A stretch of DNA of 64,000 nucleotides, taken from Balanoglossus misakiensis (lineage: Eukaryota > Animalia > Hemichordata). Each line of letters opens with the position of its first letter. The stretch's first letter is position 1. Position numbers and translations under genes: made by a program. Shown here in pieces: positions 1 to 13,984 of this stretch. Below the pieces are notes generated by a model that was not told where the DNA came from, did not search any database, and saw only the letters and a list, made by a program, of their open reading frames with translations. The DNA is taken from the NCBI GenBank assembly GCA_040954595.2, contig CM082589.2, forward strand, positions 6,259,186 to 6,323,185, given 5' to 3'.

Positions 1-454
1 GATGGTATGAAATTATTAACCAATATGCGTCGGATAGGAGATTTAATTTCGCCTCTGAGTAGTAAAGTATCGCCAGCCTAATATTCCGTGCAAGTTAACG
101 TCCACAATTGGCTAATATATCGTTAAGCATCACGAGACGAAAATTGGAATTCTCTAATATCAGTGAAAGAACAAATTTTCATTAAATCTGTTATATTTAC
201 CTTTGCTTTGTCTTGGGCTAGGTCACCGCGTGCTTTGTGCACCAAAGGCTACCGCCATGGTAATGCTATCATGTAATTTATTTTGACTTCTAATATTGTT
301 AAGTCCCCGGGTAATTTTTGAGAATAAATCACTTTTTTGACATTACAAATATGCCGTGTCGACTGAGCAGCTTCTGTTGCGCGAAATAATCTGATATAAA
401 TTCTGATTTCTTCGCCAGGTTTGTTGGGTTATAAATCATGGAGTGTTTACGATG

Positions 455-511
455 AACAAACAAACAAACAAACAAACAAACAAACAAACAAACAAACAAA
501 CAAACAAACAA
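455..511. repeat. (AAAC)n microsatellite
   Basis: Direct tetranucleotide repeat. Confidence 0.95.
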
Positions 512-1238
512 AACCTAAAAAGCATGATATCGATAGACGTGAGAATATATCCGATATGTTGAATAGAGTCTTGAAAAACATAGTACACTGTAGTACATAT
601 CCTCTACATTATCGAATCCCGTCGTTGTATACTTTAAACCTTCGTCATCGCTTTAACCTTCACATAATTTGATTTCCAGTACAGTGACACAAGCTAATTT
701 TAATTTTGAACGGAAAACACCGCTATAGCGCGAAAGGATATTACCACGGTGTTAATATTAAGGATTTCGGTGCAATTTTCCCTCATATCCGCCAGCAAAC
801 TCCAGGACTGTATTTGTCAAATATCTGATATGATTAAACTATACACGTGTTTTGTCACACTTTTTCCTATACAGAGCAAGACAATAGCGGGTATAGGAGG
901 TTCCATCGATCCGATTAATTACTTTAAGGTAATACGCGTCTCGAAAATCAAATTCTGCAAGTTTTTCTCATATATTCCTCAATGCAACTTTACCACTCGT
1001 CTCATAATAGTAAATTGCAATAGCAATAAACTTGAACAAGGTTCATTGCAATAAACATTGCAATGAACAAAAGCACCGTCATCGTGTGTATTTATGTCAA
1101 TCTGGTGTCATTCGGATTTTCTCATCTCTTCGGTGAGAGGGTTAAGTTTAAATCCCAAGATCGATTGCCTATAAAACACTGTAGTCAGTAGGCAACGGTA
1201 TTATTGTCGTTTGCACATGTGTATATATCATAGGATAT

Positions 1239-1547
1239 TGTGAGACTGTAAATTAGCATTTCAAAAGACATTAACGCTTATTTGTGCGCCCTTTATAATT
1301 TGCATATTAGCCCTCGACATCTGTACCTGAATATAAAAGCTAGAGCACGTTTGGAGTGAATTGCCACTCTACAACATATTGTAAGACTGTAAATTTGCAT
1401 CTCAAAAGACATTACCCTCTTATTTGTTGGCCCTTTATAATTTGCATATTAGTCCTCAACATCTGTACCTGAATATAAAAACTAGAGCACGTTTGGAGTG
1501 AGTTGCCACTCCACAACTCTGACCCGTCTGAGGTTGTGTGTCTTACA
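1239..1547 (+). mobile_element. Short LTR-like element (1380-1547) preceded by a truncated tandem copy (1239-1375)
   Basis: Two near-identical units of about 140 bp. The second begins TGTAAGAC and ends GTCTTACA (TG...CA inverted termini), contains a TATAAAA and is flanked by atat/atac. Confidence 0.6.
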
Positions 1548-3537
1548 ATACTAGTCTCATAAGGCCTTTTCCCTGCGAACTACCACCGCCGATGCTTTTA
1601 ATCAAACACCTAGGTGGGCTTAGGATTCATACGTGTATATCTGAACTGCGAAAAGAAGAGTTTAAGTTGGAGAAGATCGCATGGAACACACGGGCACGTG
1701 TAGTCTGCGCATGAGTTTTGGAGGACAGGAAATCAACGGTGCTCACTTGGGACTTCAGGTACCGCCGGATAGTGGCCGTAAGTACTCGCTTGTTATTCGG
1801 TGACAGTTCTAGAGTACAAGATTTCTTGCATGACAACACAAGTCTACTTAATATCATTTTGTTCTCGGTCTGGTAAAAGTTCAAACGGAAAACACTGAAA
1901 GTGAAACCTTGGAAAGATTTCAATTGTACAGCAAAATAAGTATACGTAATATATGAACGAACAGATATGGTCTGATGACGTCAGTCACAAAGTCGTGTGC
2001 ACCCAAGTTTGTGTGGTGAAGAATTCACAATGAGAACTGTGCTGTTTTATCAACCTAAAATGAGTCATGACGTACGTACGTGTTGGTTAAACGGGGCGAA
2101 CAGCCGAACCTTTTTTGTTGACTCAATCCGCAGCGATATTCACTTCTGTAGTCAAAGTCATTTCAATTCTGGTGAAAGACGAGAGAGCAGCCTTTACTAC
2201 TAATGTGCGATAGAGCGTAAAATAATCACTGCTGAGAGAGGGGGCTTACATGGAAGATGTATTAGGTTTGCCGTGTCTTGACGAAATCAGGTGTAACTCG
2301 ATAGTCAGTCTATATGCACGCAGAATGAATGCGGGCTTTGCAGAAACAAACCTGTTTTCAAATAACGGTTGCAACTTGCATCGCTGGAGTGTAAATGTCA
2401 GAGTGATAACGTGTCAGTCTTGGTTTTGGTTAGATGGATATTGTGTGACAGGTTTCACTGCAACGCCGATAAAGCTGAACTCTCGCGTTAATATCATCGC
2501 CCCAATGATGCACCTGCCCACGCCAGTAACGTTAGTTTAATTCACTTCGTGGGGATATATACTTAATGAAAACGCACATTGATCTTGAAGGTTGACAGAT
2601 CCATGACCCCGAGGGGACAGCTTAACAAGCTCCACTGTCATGGAACCCAGAATGCATTGTATGCAAGACTAACTCTCGATTGTCATGGATTTGTCATTTG
2701 TAGTACGCATCTTAAACAAGACTAACCTTTGCGCATCGCCAGGTTGTTCCAGTGAATTAAGAACAGTAGTGCTCGACAATAATTGATAAGTTTAGTCGAA
2801 GACTCCGTACATATTGTGCTTCTTTGGTCGGTGTCCACATGTGTTAAAATAGAAATGTCTGAATTGTTTTTTAAATGTGTAAAGCTGGTCTCGGGTCCGA
2901 GCTGTCCGTGGTTTAGCTAGTTAGAATCTAATGGTATATGTGTACTTAAATAAAGAATATTGGCCGAAACTGTTTTGATTGAAGAAAAGCATTGTCATGA
3001 CAAAAACGCATTGTTAAGTATAATGCATCGTTAAGTACACACATAATGAGGTGATAAATCAGTCAGAGATTAAAACAGCCGAATCACCTGCTCGTTAGTA
3101 ATACGCAACCGAAGCATTAGTCTCTCTTGTCAGGTGGTGATGTCTGATCAAAGACAGATCACTATTGACAACACACAGGGTGGCAGTTAATATCCCTTTA
3201 CAAGCAAAACAGACGGGCAATTGATCACACCCAATACGTAGTCATTATCTCACGTCTATAATGCCTCTGTTATGTGAATGCCGTTATTAGAACGTCCGCG
3301 ATCAAAACATGTACGAAGCGCCGCCTTGTGACGTCAGCGCGGACTCTTTCGCAAGGATGTCGTTGTTTACCTTTAAAACCCCTTCAGATACAATTTAGTA
3401 TGATTTGATTTGATTTGATCTGTGCTTGCATCATCGCTAGTTTACGTGAAAGAGCACTTCAGGTTGGGTACCCCAGCAACTGCTATAGGTCATTTGGTGT
3501 GCGTCAGAGTAGGACTTGCTTACTGGATCAATTTACC

Positions 3538-4108
3538 ACTGACTGACTGACTGACTGACTGACTGACTGACTGACTGACTGACTGACTGACTCACTGACT
3601 CACTGACTCACTGACTCTCTCACTCACTCACTCACTCACTCACTCACTCACTCACTCACTCACTCACTCACTCACTCACTCACTCACTCACTCACTCACT
3701 CACTCACTCACTCACTCACTCACTCACTCACTCACTCACTCACTCACTCACTCACTCACTCACTCACTCACTCACTCACTCACTCACTCACTCACTCACT
3801 CACTCACTCACTCACTCACTCACTCACTCACTCACTCACTCACTCACTCACTCACTCACTCACTCACTCACTCACTCACTCACTCACTCACTCACTCACT
3901 CACTCACTCACTCACTCACTCACTCACTCACTCACTCACTCACTCACTCACTCACTCACTCACTCACTCACTCACTCACTCACTCACTCACTCACTCACT
4001 CACTCACTCACTCACTCACTCACTCACTCACTCACTCACTCACTCACTCACTCACTCACTCACTCACTCACTCACTCACTCACTCACTCACTCACTCACT
4101 CACTCACT
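3538..4108. repeat. Compound (CTGA)n-(CTCA)n microsatellite, about 570 bp
   Basis: Direct tetranucleotide repeats with a mixed junction at 3588-3620. Confidence 0.98.
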
Positions 4109-7100
4109 TGGGATAACAATATATCATGATGCTAAACGATGTTTCTTGTTGTAGTGTCATGAACTAAATTATACAGTATCAATATTCCCCAATGTAGGAA
4201 TCTTTACATCTTTGTCCTAAGTAAAATAGTTTAAGGGTGATCGAGTTAATTGTTACGCCATCATACTTGCAAACAGGAGAACGCGCGCTTTTATTCGCGT
4301 CCCCTCTAAAGGATCGTATTTGCTGCAAAAAACGAAACGGATGAAAATGATTAGAGCTTAGCACAAAATGGACGCTGTAAGTGGTGATTAAATGATCGTT
4401 ATGCATTGCATATCTTCAAGTAGTATACTTTGAATGTATCGGTATAATTTTAAACTGTTTTGGAAACACGATTGGAACTATTTTGAGATAATTGCAGACG
4501 AGTGAAATGTGTACAAAACGAGTAGTGTTAGTTGTACTTTGGGCGAGGGGGGGGGGGATTCCCGCAATTCTGTCATTATTTGAACAATAGAAAACGACAA
4601 TTACAAGCCTAGGGTACCTGTACTATGGTGAGAGTTTTGCACAGTTTATTCTGACATGCGTGTCTTTGCCATGCAGCGAATCAGACCACACTGTATGGCA
4701 CCTCAACTCGGGACAATCACCTATTGACGGAAATTCTTCAATTGAACGTTTGAATACCCAAGGAATATCGCCAACAACTTGAACATGCGTGTGGTTGCAG
4801 AGTCTGGTTGGGTATTGAATAACAAGAGGGTATCTTTTTAATTTCGTGATACGATATTGCGAAGCCATATTTTACCAAAATCATATTCGCTCAGGCGTGG
4901 GATTATTTATTTATGATTATTCAGCAGAAATTTAATTATAATATTATATGTTTTACAAATACGCTAGCAATTATTTGACAAGTGTCGTGCGTGTTTGAGA
5001 GAACGTTCAATTTCGCATGTATGGTTCAAACGTTCATCGTTTTCTCTCGAAGGCCCTTTTGACATTCTCTGCAGAACATGAATGATCACGAATTGTTATT
5101 GGAATTCAGACAATACGCACGCTAGGAAAGATCGTGCTCCGCTGTGGGGATCAGCAGTTGGCCTTCCTCGATTCCTAACGTTCAAAGTTGTCCTGTGGCT
5201 AAAAACTCTGAGGTGACTTTTCCCCCAATATTGTTCTAGAAATGTTAATAAGCACAAGGCAAGAAAATGTACTAACGAAAACAAATTGTCAGCGAACAAC
5301 GGTGATCTAACTAATGTAACTTTTTTCTGTAACATTAGAAATAGTCAAATTAGCAATTAATCAACGTTCCACTTCTCAATATAAAAGATGGCTGAGAGCT
5401 CAATATACGTTACACGTTTTAATCCAGTCGATGATTTAGTTTCCTGTAGTATCCAGGGGCAACAGAAAGGTCAGCAATTTTGCATATTTTTCTTCCAAAG
5501 GTCACATGTAATATGAATGTCTATTCCTATGCTCTTTCACTTATACCACGCACACTATCTGTTTTCTAACAACCGCTGATGGTAAACTCGGGAAATGAAG
5601 ATAAATGTAGTTTCATAAGGATTCCTAATTCTAATTTAAGGCTTCTTATGGGATTCCCACTCCTTCTATCTTGTTTTGACGTACTCAAATGACAACCAGG
5701 CAATGCTTCACGTTATGATTTGTAGATTTGTAGTCTGGAGGCGCTCATCGCATTGAAACTGATGGATCCCCTGTTGAAACGTACGTTATTTTTACTCCGT
5801 ATATGCTCTCTCGCAAAGGGACAATCTGGCGCCAAACTTCAATAGTTGCACTCAATATTACTTTCATGTCCTTATTTGAAATTATTTACGTTTCCCTTTA
5901 CTTCGTTTTGTCAGAATTGAAGTTAAGTCAGCGTATGTTAAAGACCCAGCACACAAAGTCTCGGGAAGCCAATCTGGCGATGTTTACCCACGGGAAATTC
6001 TCAAAGGCCTTCACTGAACACGCAGTCATTTATCTGACGATGTTACTGCTTAGAATGTTTGTATAATTCATTGTGATACTGATTATTTTAACAACCTAAT
6101 TCTTAGTACATAGCTAAAATTAAAATAAGACGCGAGGCAGTCTTTAAGAACTAAATGCAATACAGCGAGTGGTAATGCCTGTATGTAAATGGTCTGTCTA
6201 TACATTCTCTTCAAGTCAAGTAATGGCACTAAACGTACATGAACGTATTTGGTGAAAAAATGAATATTTGTAATCACTTGTTTTAAATTCCTACACAAAC
6301 GTGACGATGGTGGCAATTTTAGTTCATTTGCACACAAATTGACAAGCATGTCTGTATATGAGCAGAGACGCAATTAATACACATTCTTATCTTGACTGTC
6401 CCTTTTTAAATTCATGCACCCTTATCTAGGTAATGGGGTCCCATCTCTCCGGACGGCGCTTAATGGGTAATTTGAATATGACTTTATTACCTCTTGTCGT
6501 GATCTGTTTCATATATTTACTGCATTACATTAATGATATGGGTCTGATTTTGGCGCCAAAGTAATGTTAAATTCCTTTGAATTCAACTGGTTGCGTAATA
6601 TGTTACCAGGTAGCGGCCATTGTTGTGTTTTAGGGGGGCAAGCAGTATAGCGACCGTGACTTTGAAATACTTTCATTTCAATGAATGACCATTTAATTTA
6701 AAGAGGGTACATTTGGCAATGCAAACGCGAGCAAATGAGATTTCAAAAGACCGGTGCTGTCTCATAATTGTGTGTGGATTAAAGGATTAACTTTCATGGC
6801 CAGCAACACCTGTAAATAGGAAAACGGATAGACGTGAGTTTGTTGCTAAAATCGGTATTGTAAAGGTGAAAATGCAATCTACCCTTGCCATGGTGACATG
6901 CAAGAAGACAATTTGAGCTTTGATTGGATTCGCCATACGTCTCTTACATAGAAATTATCAATGGGTTCATGTAATCTTCTCCCCCATTGGAACGTGGATC
7001 AATTTTACACAAACGTATTAGAAAATCTGCCAATCATTACTAGTTTATTATTTTTAATAATGCATAAATTAATCTGTATTGAATGGCGAATCTGCCATTA

Positions 7101-10100
7101 GGCAATGGGCAAAGAGTTTTTACTCGTATGGTAGTATTCTTACCCTGGGGCTAGATACAAAAGTATTTGTCGCGTTCTGCCCAATGGACGAGACTTATGG
7201 CGCCATTTTCTGATTTACCAACACCAACAGCATAGAGAAACTCACCTATTAGGTTGCAACGTCAGAGATGAGGTATGAATCGATAGACGCAATCGAATAC
7301 TTGGTTTCATAGCGCGTGAAAGTGGCTTTCGTGGTGAGTCTCACTTCAGTTTTTGATGAGTTTTTTTTTGTGAGCACAGCGAACGAGACGCATGTTGCAT
7401 GTTCTTACATAGATGGATGGATACCATGAAACCCGAAAGGTCACTGTAACACGTAGGAGTTGGAATAGTCTGTTTGTCGATCAACTGTCGAGCGACAGAA
7501 TGTGCTTGGAGAGACTTTTTTGTATGCATTACCTTTGTGTATAGTCATGTGCACATCAGAACCGTTTATTTTTCCGACAATGTCTCCGTTAATCGCTTGA
7601 TTAGTGCGAGAGCCTTGACGTCATCAAAATAAATGAATGCAGGATTTGAACTTGCCTGTCAAATATGTACCGTGCCTAGCAACGGTGCCGTGGTAACGCT
7701 TGCCTCCCATCAAACAGAATCACGTAATAAAACGTGAAAATGTTCCCACTCGCAAGATTCGATAATTCGCAGCTTTTTATCCTTCCTCTTAAAATATTCA
7801 TATAAAAAATACATTCCTGTTGGTGTTGGCAATTTCCGGGAAGAGTTTACTGATACCAGTATCATAACGTCAGCCGAACGCACAAGAGAATGTTTTGCTC
7901 GATGTGCCAGTGGAAAAGACGTATTGCTATCCAGATACCATATGTGTTAAATCATTGTTGAACAAAAGCTCCGTCAAACAGCACAATACTGCACGTAGAT
8001 CACGACACAGCCTGTATTGCCTATCTTTCTATGTCACGATTTAATTATCGGACACCGTGTCGTTTAATAACAACGGTTGATGCCACTGCTTGCGAAAACA
8101 AATCGATTCACTTTTCGCTCTGTCAGCGTTCTCGAAATAAATGCTTCAAAAGACAGGTTTGACCTTCAGAAAAGGCGCTCGTACCAATTACGGGCAAATA
8201 GAGCCCGAAATTCCACGTAAAAATTTCATTACTGATAATCAACTTTCGTATAAATCATGTTAAACATAGGCGTACTGTTCTATCAGAGCCCGTGTCGCGG
8301 TTGCAGGCAGTACATATACACATGCGGTAGAATGGCAAACTTCATAGAACACTACTTGTATTTAATCCATCGGCATGCAATAAGCTGCCAACTGATGATT
8401 TGCTAGGAGGGTCTTTTTGCGAATCGCTGTTCGGGTTTCCACGCATGTTGGTCGACTCAAAGTTCAAAGAACACCGATATAAAGCGCAGCAAATATACAA
8501 TCTCAAATAAAAGAAGCTATACCGCCAATATATCAAACACATGTTTTACGGTCACCATTGCGAAAGGTATAATGTTAACGTCCAACGTTAAAATTGGAAC
8601 AAGCGGAAGGTCATTGCTATCCGCATTACCCATTGACCATTATTCAGAACCCATAAATCTCCGGCTGTTTGACAAGTTGAAATTCTGCTCTGCAATATAA
8701 AAGGATTATTTTGAACAGCAGCTTTGAATACCATTAGTGTATGTAGACACTCATTGTTGGCAAATTATACAGCTTTCTGGTGATTTGTGTCCGCATACAG
8801 CTGCTGTATAGCGATAAAATGAATTGTTATCTCAAAATGCAATGAATACGGAATATTATGTGCGTTTGAAGCCGAGCGCCTTATATTTCACAATGCGGAC
8901 TGATTTAAGTGTCGGAGCGTTCACATATTAAGAGATAGAGCTTTCTCATGCTATGTATGTTAGCCATGTAGTGGACAATGTTAGTCATTTCGATTTCTGT
9001 GCAAATGACGTGTTGATAACCAACGCACGCGCACAAAACAACGCGTGGCAACGTCTCATGGCAGAATATCACATTTGCACCAGGAAGAACATTTTCATTA
9101 TATTCGTTGTTTGTTTTAACATGAAGAATGTGAGTACCCTGCTTCGTGTGCGGAACACATTCGAGATAGAAAGGAAAAGTGGTTTCGGAAGTTTCCTGCA
9201 AAACTAGGTAGCGTTCAGAATGCTCCAAGGCACGCCTGTCTACAGGCTACATGTGTGTCGTGTTCGACGCTCCAAGAAACCTCTCAACGATTATACTTAG
9301 TGAAGAGGTTGAACGTTCGCATGGTGTGAGTCATTCATACTTTTTATGGTCGTATTTACACGCGGAAACCTAATATCACGATTAATGACTGGCTATCAAC
9401 GGTTTTTAGCACAAATGGGAAAACGCTTAATTGTTAGGTGTTTGGTTCTACTTTTGATACGGCCAGGTATTTTGAGAGAACCGAGTAAGTGTAGCATGTA
9501 CACTCTGATCAATATTCGTTCAATTCCGCTCGAGTAGTTTCAAATGACTATAACCAATTAAAACTATTTCGAACCATAGGAGAATACAGTGATCGGTTCT
9601 GGTCGTCAGATGTTGAAAACGACACCCGAAGTTTTATATTGGGCTTAGAATGGAAAGCTTTGCGAGAGCTCTCAGCGTCTAGCGGCGTTCGGAAAATGGT
9701 CTACAGTGTACATATATACAATAACCCCATTTAAGTCCAAGATGTGGAATTTAGAAGGCAGTTTCGTTCAAGTTTAAAGAATAACTAAACAAGCAAAAAA
9801 TGTAAAACATAGAATTTAATTTGCACATATGAAGGAAAAGAAGGAAAAGCCCCAAAATATCGCCCTGAGAAACGTTCCGCTAGAAGCAACATGATAGTAC
9901 TTAATATGAAGTTTTAATACCGACAACATCATTAAGTCTCTTCAATCATACATAACTAGCATTATGCCCGTAAACATTATGATAATTGGGATTTGGGGGC
10001 GAAATGAAATCAATTCTGCGTGAAGATAATTGCATTCCAGGGAACGCTTATACTTTCTGGTCACCCGCGCCAACATCACAATATTGATTGAGATGAGACC

Positions 10101-13100
10101 GATGAGCGTCCTGCATTCGCATTCCGTTAGGTAGCCATGGCGTTCGGTATTAAAGTCAGTCGTGTTTAACTATTAAGCTTTCGATTTATATGCAAAATAA
10201 TTTTAGTAAGTATACATTTTGCGTACGAGGATGTACCCTAAATGCAAGATTCATCTTATACATGTACATGTAGCATGGCAAGTCCCGGCGCTGGAACACG
10301 CACGCTCGATTAGGCAAACATGAAGGTTCGATCAACGTGTTTTGTTGGCGATTTAGTCTTAATGGCGAGATATTGCTTCGAGATATGTGAATAGACAGAA
10401 TCTATTACTTCACATATTTGCCTTGATTTTGGCAAGTCATTTTTTATATTTGCTTGCATAACGTTTCGCTTAGTAATTGATTTTTTCGATGGCTTCTTTG
10501 GTTCAATCACCTCACATTCGCGAAAACGTATACAGTTACCGCGACGAGACACTCAATCTGTTAGTGTGTATATTTGAATAAACACTTGCCGTTCTGTTCA
10601 GTCTGGGTATTTTCAAGAGTATGACGCACTCAAGCGCACGAAAATATGAATCCACATATTTAATAAAAATGGCAAATTTAACCTTTCTCGTTGGTGTCGA
10701 GTAATCTCGACCATATGTGTGCGTGTATGCATGCGTGCTATAGTGTTTTCACTGTGTACCGTGGTACCACCTTGAATTAGAGAGTTTAATTCACCGAGGC
10801 AGTTGTGTTTCCGTTTGAGCAAATCGAGTTATGACACTAAACGGCGAACGGATGTTGTTTGGCATTGACGACATACTCGACAAACCAAGCTTTGTCGAAA
10901 ACAAGTAAATATTTTAAAGCGCCTTTCTGTAAAATTGTGATAAAGAAATAGTCACGCTAAGATCCGTTTCGCATAAGTGTGCAGGGTAAGCAAACAAGAG
11001 TTGTAAAAATGACAAATAACTTACTAAACTTACTAAAAGGCCTAAAGTCACGAAATGAAGAAGCTGGTTGCTTAGACGCGCGGTGGGTAATACAAACATT
11101 GTGGTAACCCTTGGAAATGGTAGTTTAAAGTGTATTAGAGTACATACATGCTGCACTTTTAATGCCGACATTTATGTGGCACAATGAAATAAAAATATCA
11201 GCTCCATGCATTAATAAACTGGCTTAGGAATGGTTAATCAAATTATATCAGGGGGAATCTGAAAAGATATGAATAATAAAAGTGTACGATAGAATGCCTC
11301 GTTTTTACGCGCTATTAAACAGGTTAAATTCAGTGGACGGATTAAATCTGCATGAAAATTATCTTGATTTGAAAGTACGTAGTTTTATGTACTTGTATAA
11401 GTCGCTACTCAGCATAGAATGACGTCTGTACGGTTGCGCGGGTAAATTCTGGTCTATATTGTCGGAAATGGCGCGCCTGCTTAAAATCTCAGTGGATAAT
11501 TCAAAGCCCGTGTTACACGCAAGTCCGGGAACGCGGGATTATTTTGATTAAAGAGTAAAAACATCTTAATCGTGATAGGAAGTGATATGGCAAGACTTTT
11601 TCTTAGTGAGAGGCGATTACATTAAAGTGTAACCCTGGCAACAAGTTAAATCGCCATTTGTCATTTCTTTAACGGGATCAATCGAAAGGTTATCTTCACG
11701 AAGTGAATTTGTGGGACTTTTCGCAACTTGACAGGCCGTGATTAGGGTGTTTTTTCCTCAGATGTTATTAAGGGGGAATTTTATGCATTACTCAAGTAGA
11801 CGATGGTTAAGAGAGGCTTGAAAGTTTGCAACACTTGTTCGATATGCCCATTTTACTAAAAGCGTTTTTATATTATTACAAGCTTATGAAATGAATGACG
11901 TCGAGGGTAAAGAGCGTGTATTGACATTTTCGGTTATAACTTTAATACATTAACCTCAAGGTAGGAAAAGGACAGTATTTTAGGTACATGCCAAATATCG
12001 ACTTTTTGGTCGACTTTAATGCATGTTCACGTGGAGTATTCACAATACTTTGCATGAAATAAAATGCATAAAAATGTGACGTTGATAATCATAGATTTCT
12101 ATACAACGTGTATGTAACTCGGACATACAGTAACGATCCGCATATGAGCCAGACATTAAGCGTCGGTGTAGCCAAAGAGTCTTTAAGGCAGCGTCCAAGT
12201 TGTTTGTTTGATACGCCAATAATTAGTCATTTCACGCTAATAATGGCACGCTGAGAGACGGGAAATTCACTTGAATTGAGTTCATTCACACACAATGATG
12301 ATATTGACCCAGAGAGAACCTCGATAGCGGGTAAACCGGCGCAACGCTGGCAGCCACGGTATGAATACGTGCCGGGAATATCAATCAACAAGTAAAGCGT
12401 AATTTGCAAACGCTCGCTATTACCATTGGCTTACACATGTCGCCGAGGCCATGAATAATTCAAAGCAGGATTGACGAGGATTTAAATCGAGGCTGATAAA
12501 CGAACAATCTCTAGAATAGAACTGCGCTGTTGACGTTCCTATAACGAGCCGCGTTTAAAAGGGCCCATCTGAATGGATAATGGCTACTGTATGCTGTCAA
12601 AAAGGCAAACATTATCACCATATACAAGGAACATACACGCATACCGACTTCATATCATCTAGAAGATTATTCCCTCAAGTATTAATCCCATCACGATAGA
12701 GTGTCTTAGATACAAATCGCTATTTACCCATCGCAATCATCAACACAGCAAGGGTAGAAGCGACCTATATAAATTAAAATAGATTCTTCCGTTAATTATA
12801 TACATGTGCGTGTAAAAGCAAACGGGATATATGCCTACCTAATATCCCAAACAGGATGGAGCACTGCGAAAACACTTAGTACGTATACTTAACAAAATCG
12901 TGGCTTTGGGGGTAAATCACCGGTCACCAGTTTTGTCATCAGACCCATCTATGAGGTCATTGTCTTCGAGCCGAAGAAGTAATTCATTTCAGAGTGCTCC
13001 GTGATCAGAGGTGGGACAACTTCCTACTCGGTCCATTGTTTGATGTAATGGATTATGACTTATACATGTATATAGCGGCATGTTACTCAACGAGGGGAAT

Positions 13101-13954
13101 GGCTGAAAAAGAGTGGGTATTGGGTAATGCTTTTTGCATGCGTCTTTGAGGTTGGAAGGATGCGTCCTTCTACGTTCGAACCTGGTTGTCCGGTACAAGC
13201 ATTTTCCGTGGTTTTATAACGCACAGGGCATTACGATGAAGGTGAATGCGTTAGTGCGTATCAAAACGAGACAGTCCAACTTGTCTTGAACTGTAAAATT
13301 TGGCCAAGACCGTACGCTTTGTACACTGCAGTGAAAAGGTGGCGTAAGAAAAGTCCTGCATCATGGTGCTAAAGTAGACGCATGTTGTAGTCGCTCTGCT
13401 CTTAACGCCTTTCAAAATCAGTCGCCCCTTGACAGGAGTTTCAACTCTGTCTAACAGGTTGCATATTTGTGTTGCAATGTTACGTTTCACTGACTCAGCG
13501 CGCAATGTAAACATCCGTAGCTGGGCATGTAAGATCAAATTTTGAAGCATACGCGTCATCAAAGGCATATCGTTTCGCCCCGAAGAAACGTAAAAGCCTG
13601 CTTGTTTATAGAGCGTAACGTGCCGTCAACCTGGAACTAAACCGCATCTTCCCGCCGGCGTGAGAAATTCAAATGCGCTGCCGCGTCACACCAGCGCCAT
13701 GGCGACGCGCCCTCACGCATCCAATCGGATCATAGGCATTGTGGTCGCTGCATGGATTAATAACATTTCCCGTGTCGTTTATCACACAGAATAGACACGG
13801 CCGTTGAACAAGTGCATCGCATTCAGCCGTTACCAAACAAACTCTCCCCGAACACCCGAAGACAATTTCATCGAGGTCGGGAACAGAACAGAATAATAGG
13901 GACCAAGGATATTTCTATCGTGTTCCGATCTTCAAGTGGGTATCCTTTCCCAGA

Positions 13955-13984
13955 ATGGCGTTTTTAGAGAATTTCCCATATCAG
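13955..13984 (+). CDS. Candidate first coding exon of the adhesion GPCR (MAFLENFPYQ)
   Basis: agaATGG strong Kozak context, 10 codons, then the consensus donor CAG|GTAAGT. Phase 0 joins in frame to the acceptor at 22352. A GC-rich promoter-like stretch lies at 13650-13730. Confidence 0.5.

Noticed and set aside
4623-4868. Minus-strand 81-aa ORF with a good Kozak ATG
   Set aside because: It has no recognisable motif, stops before the nearby donor, and its length is compatible with chance.
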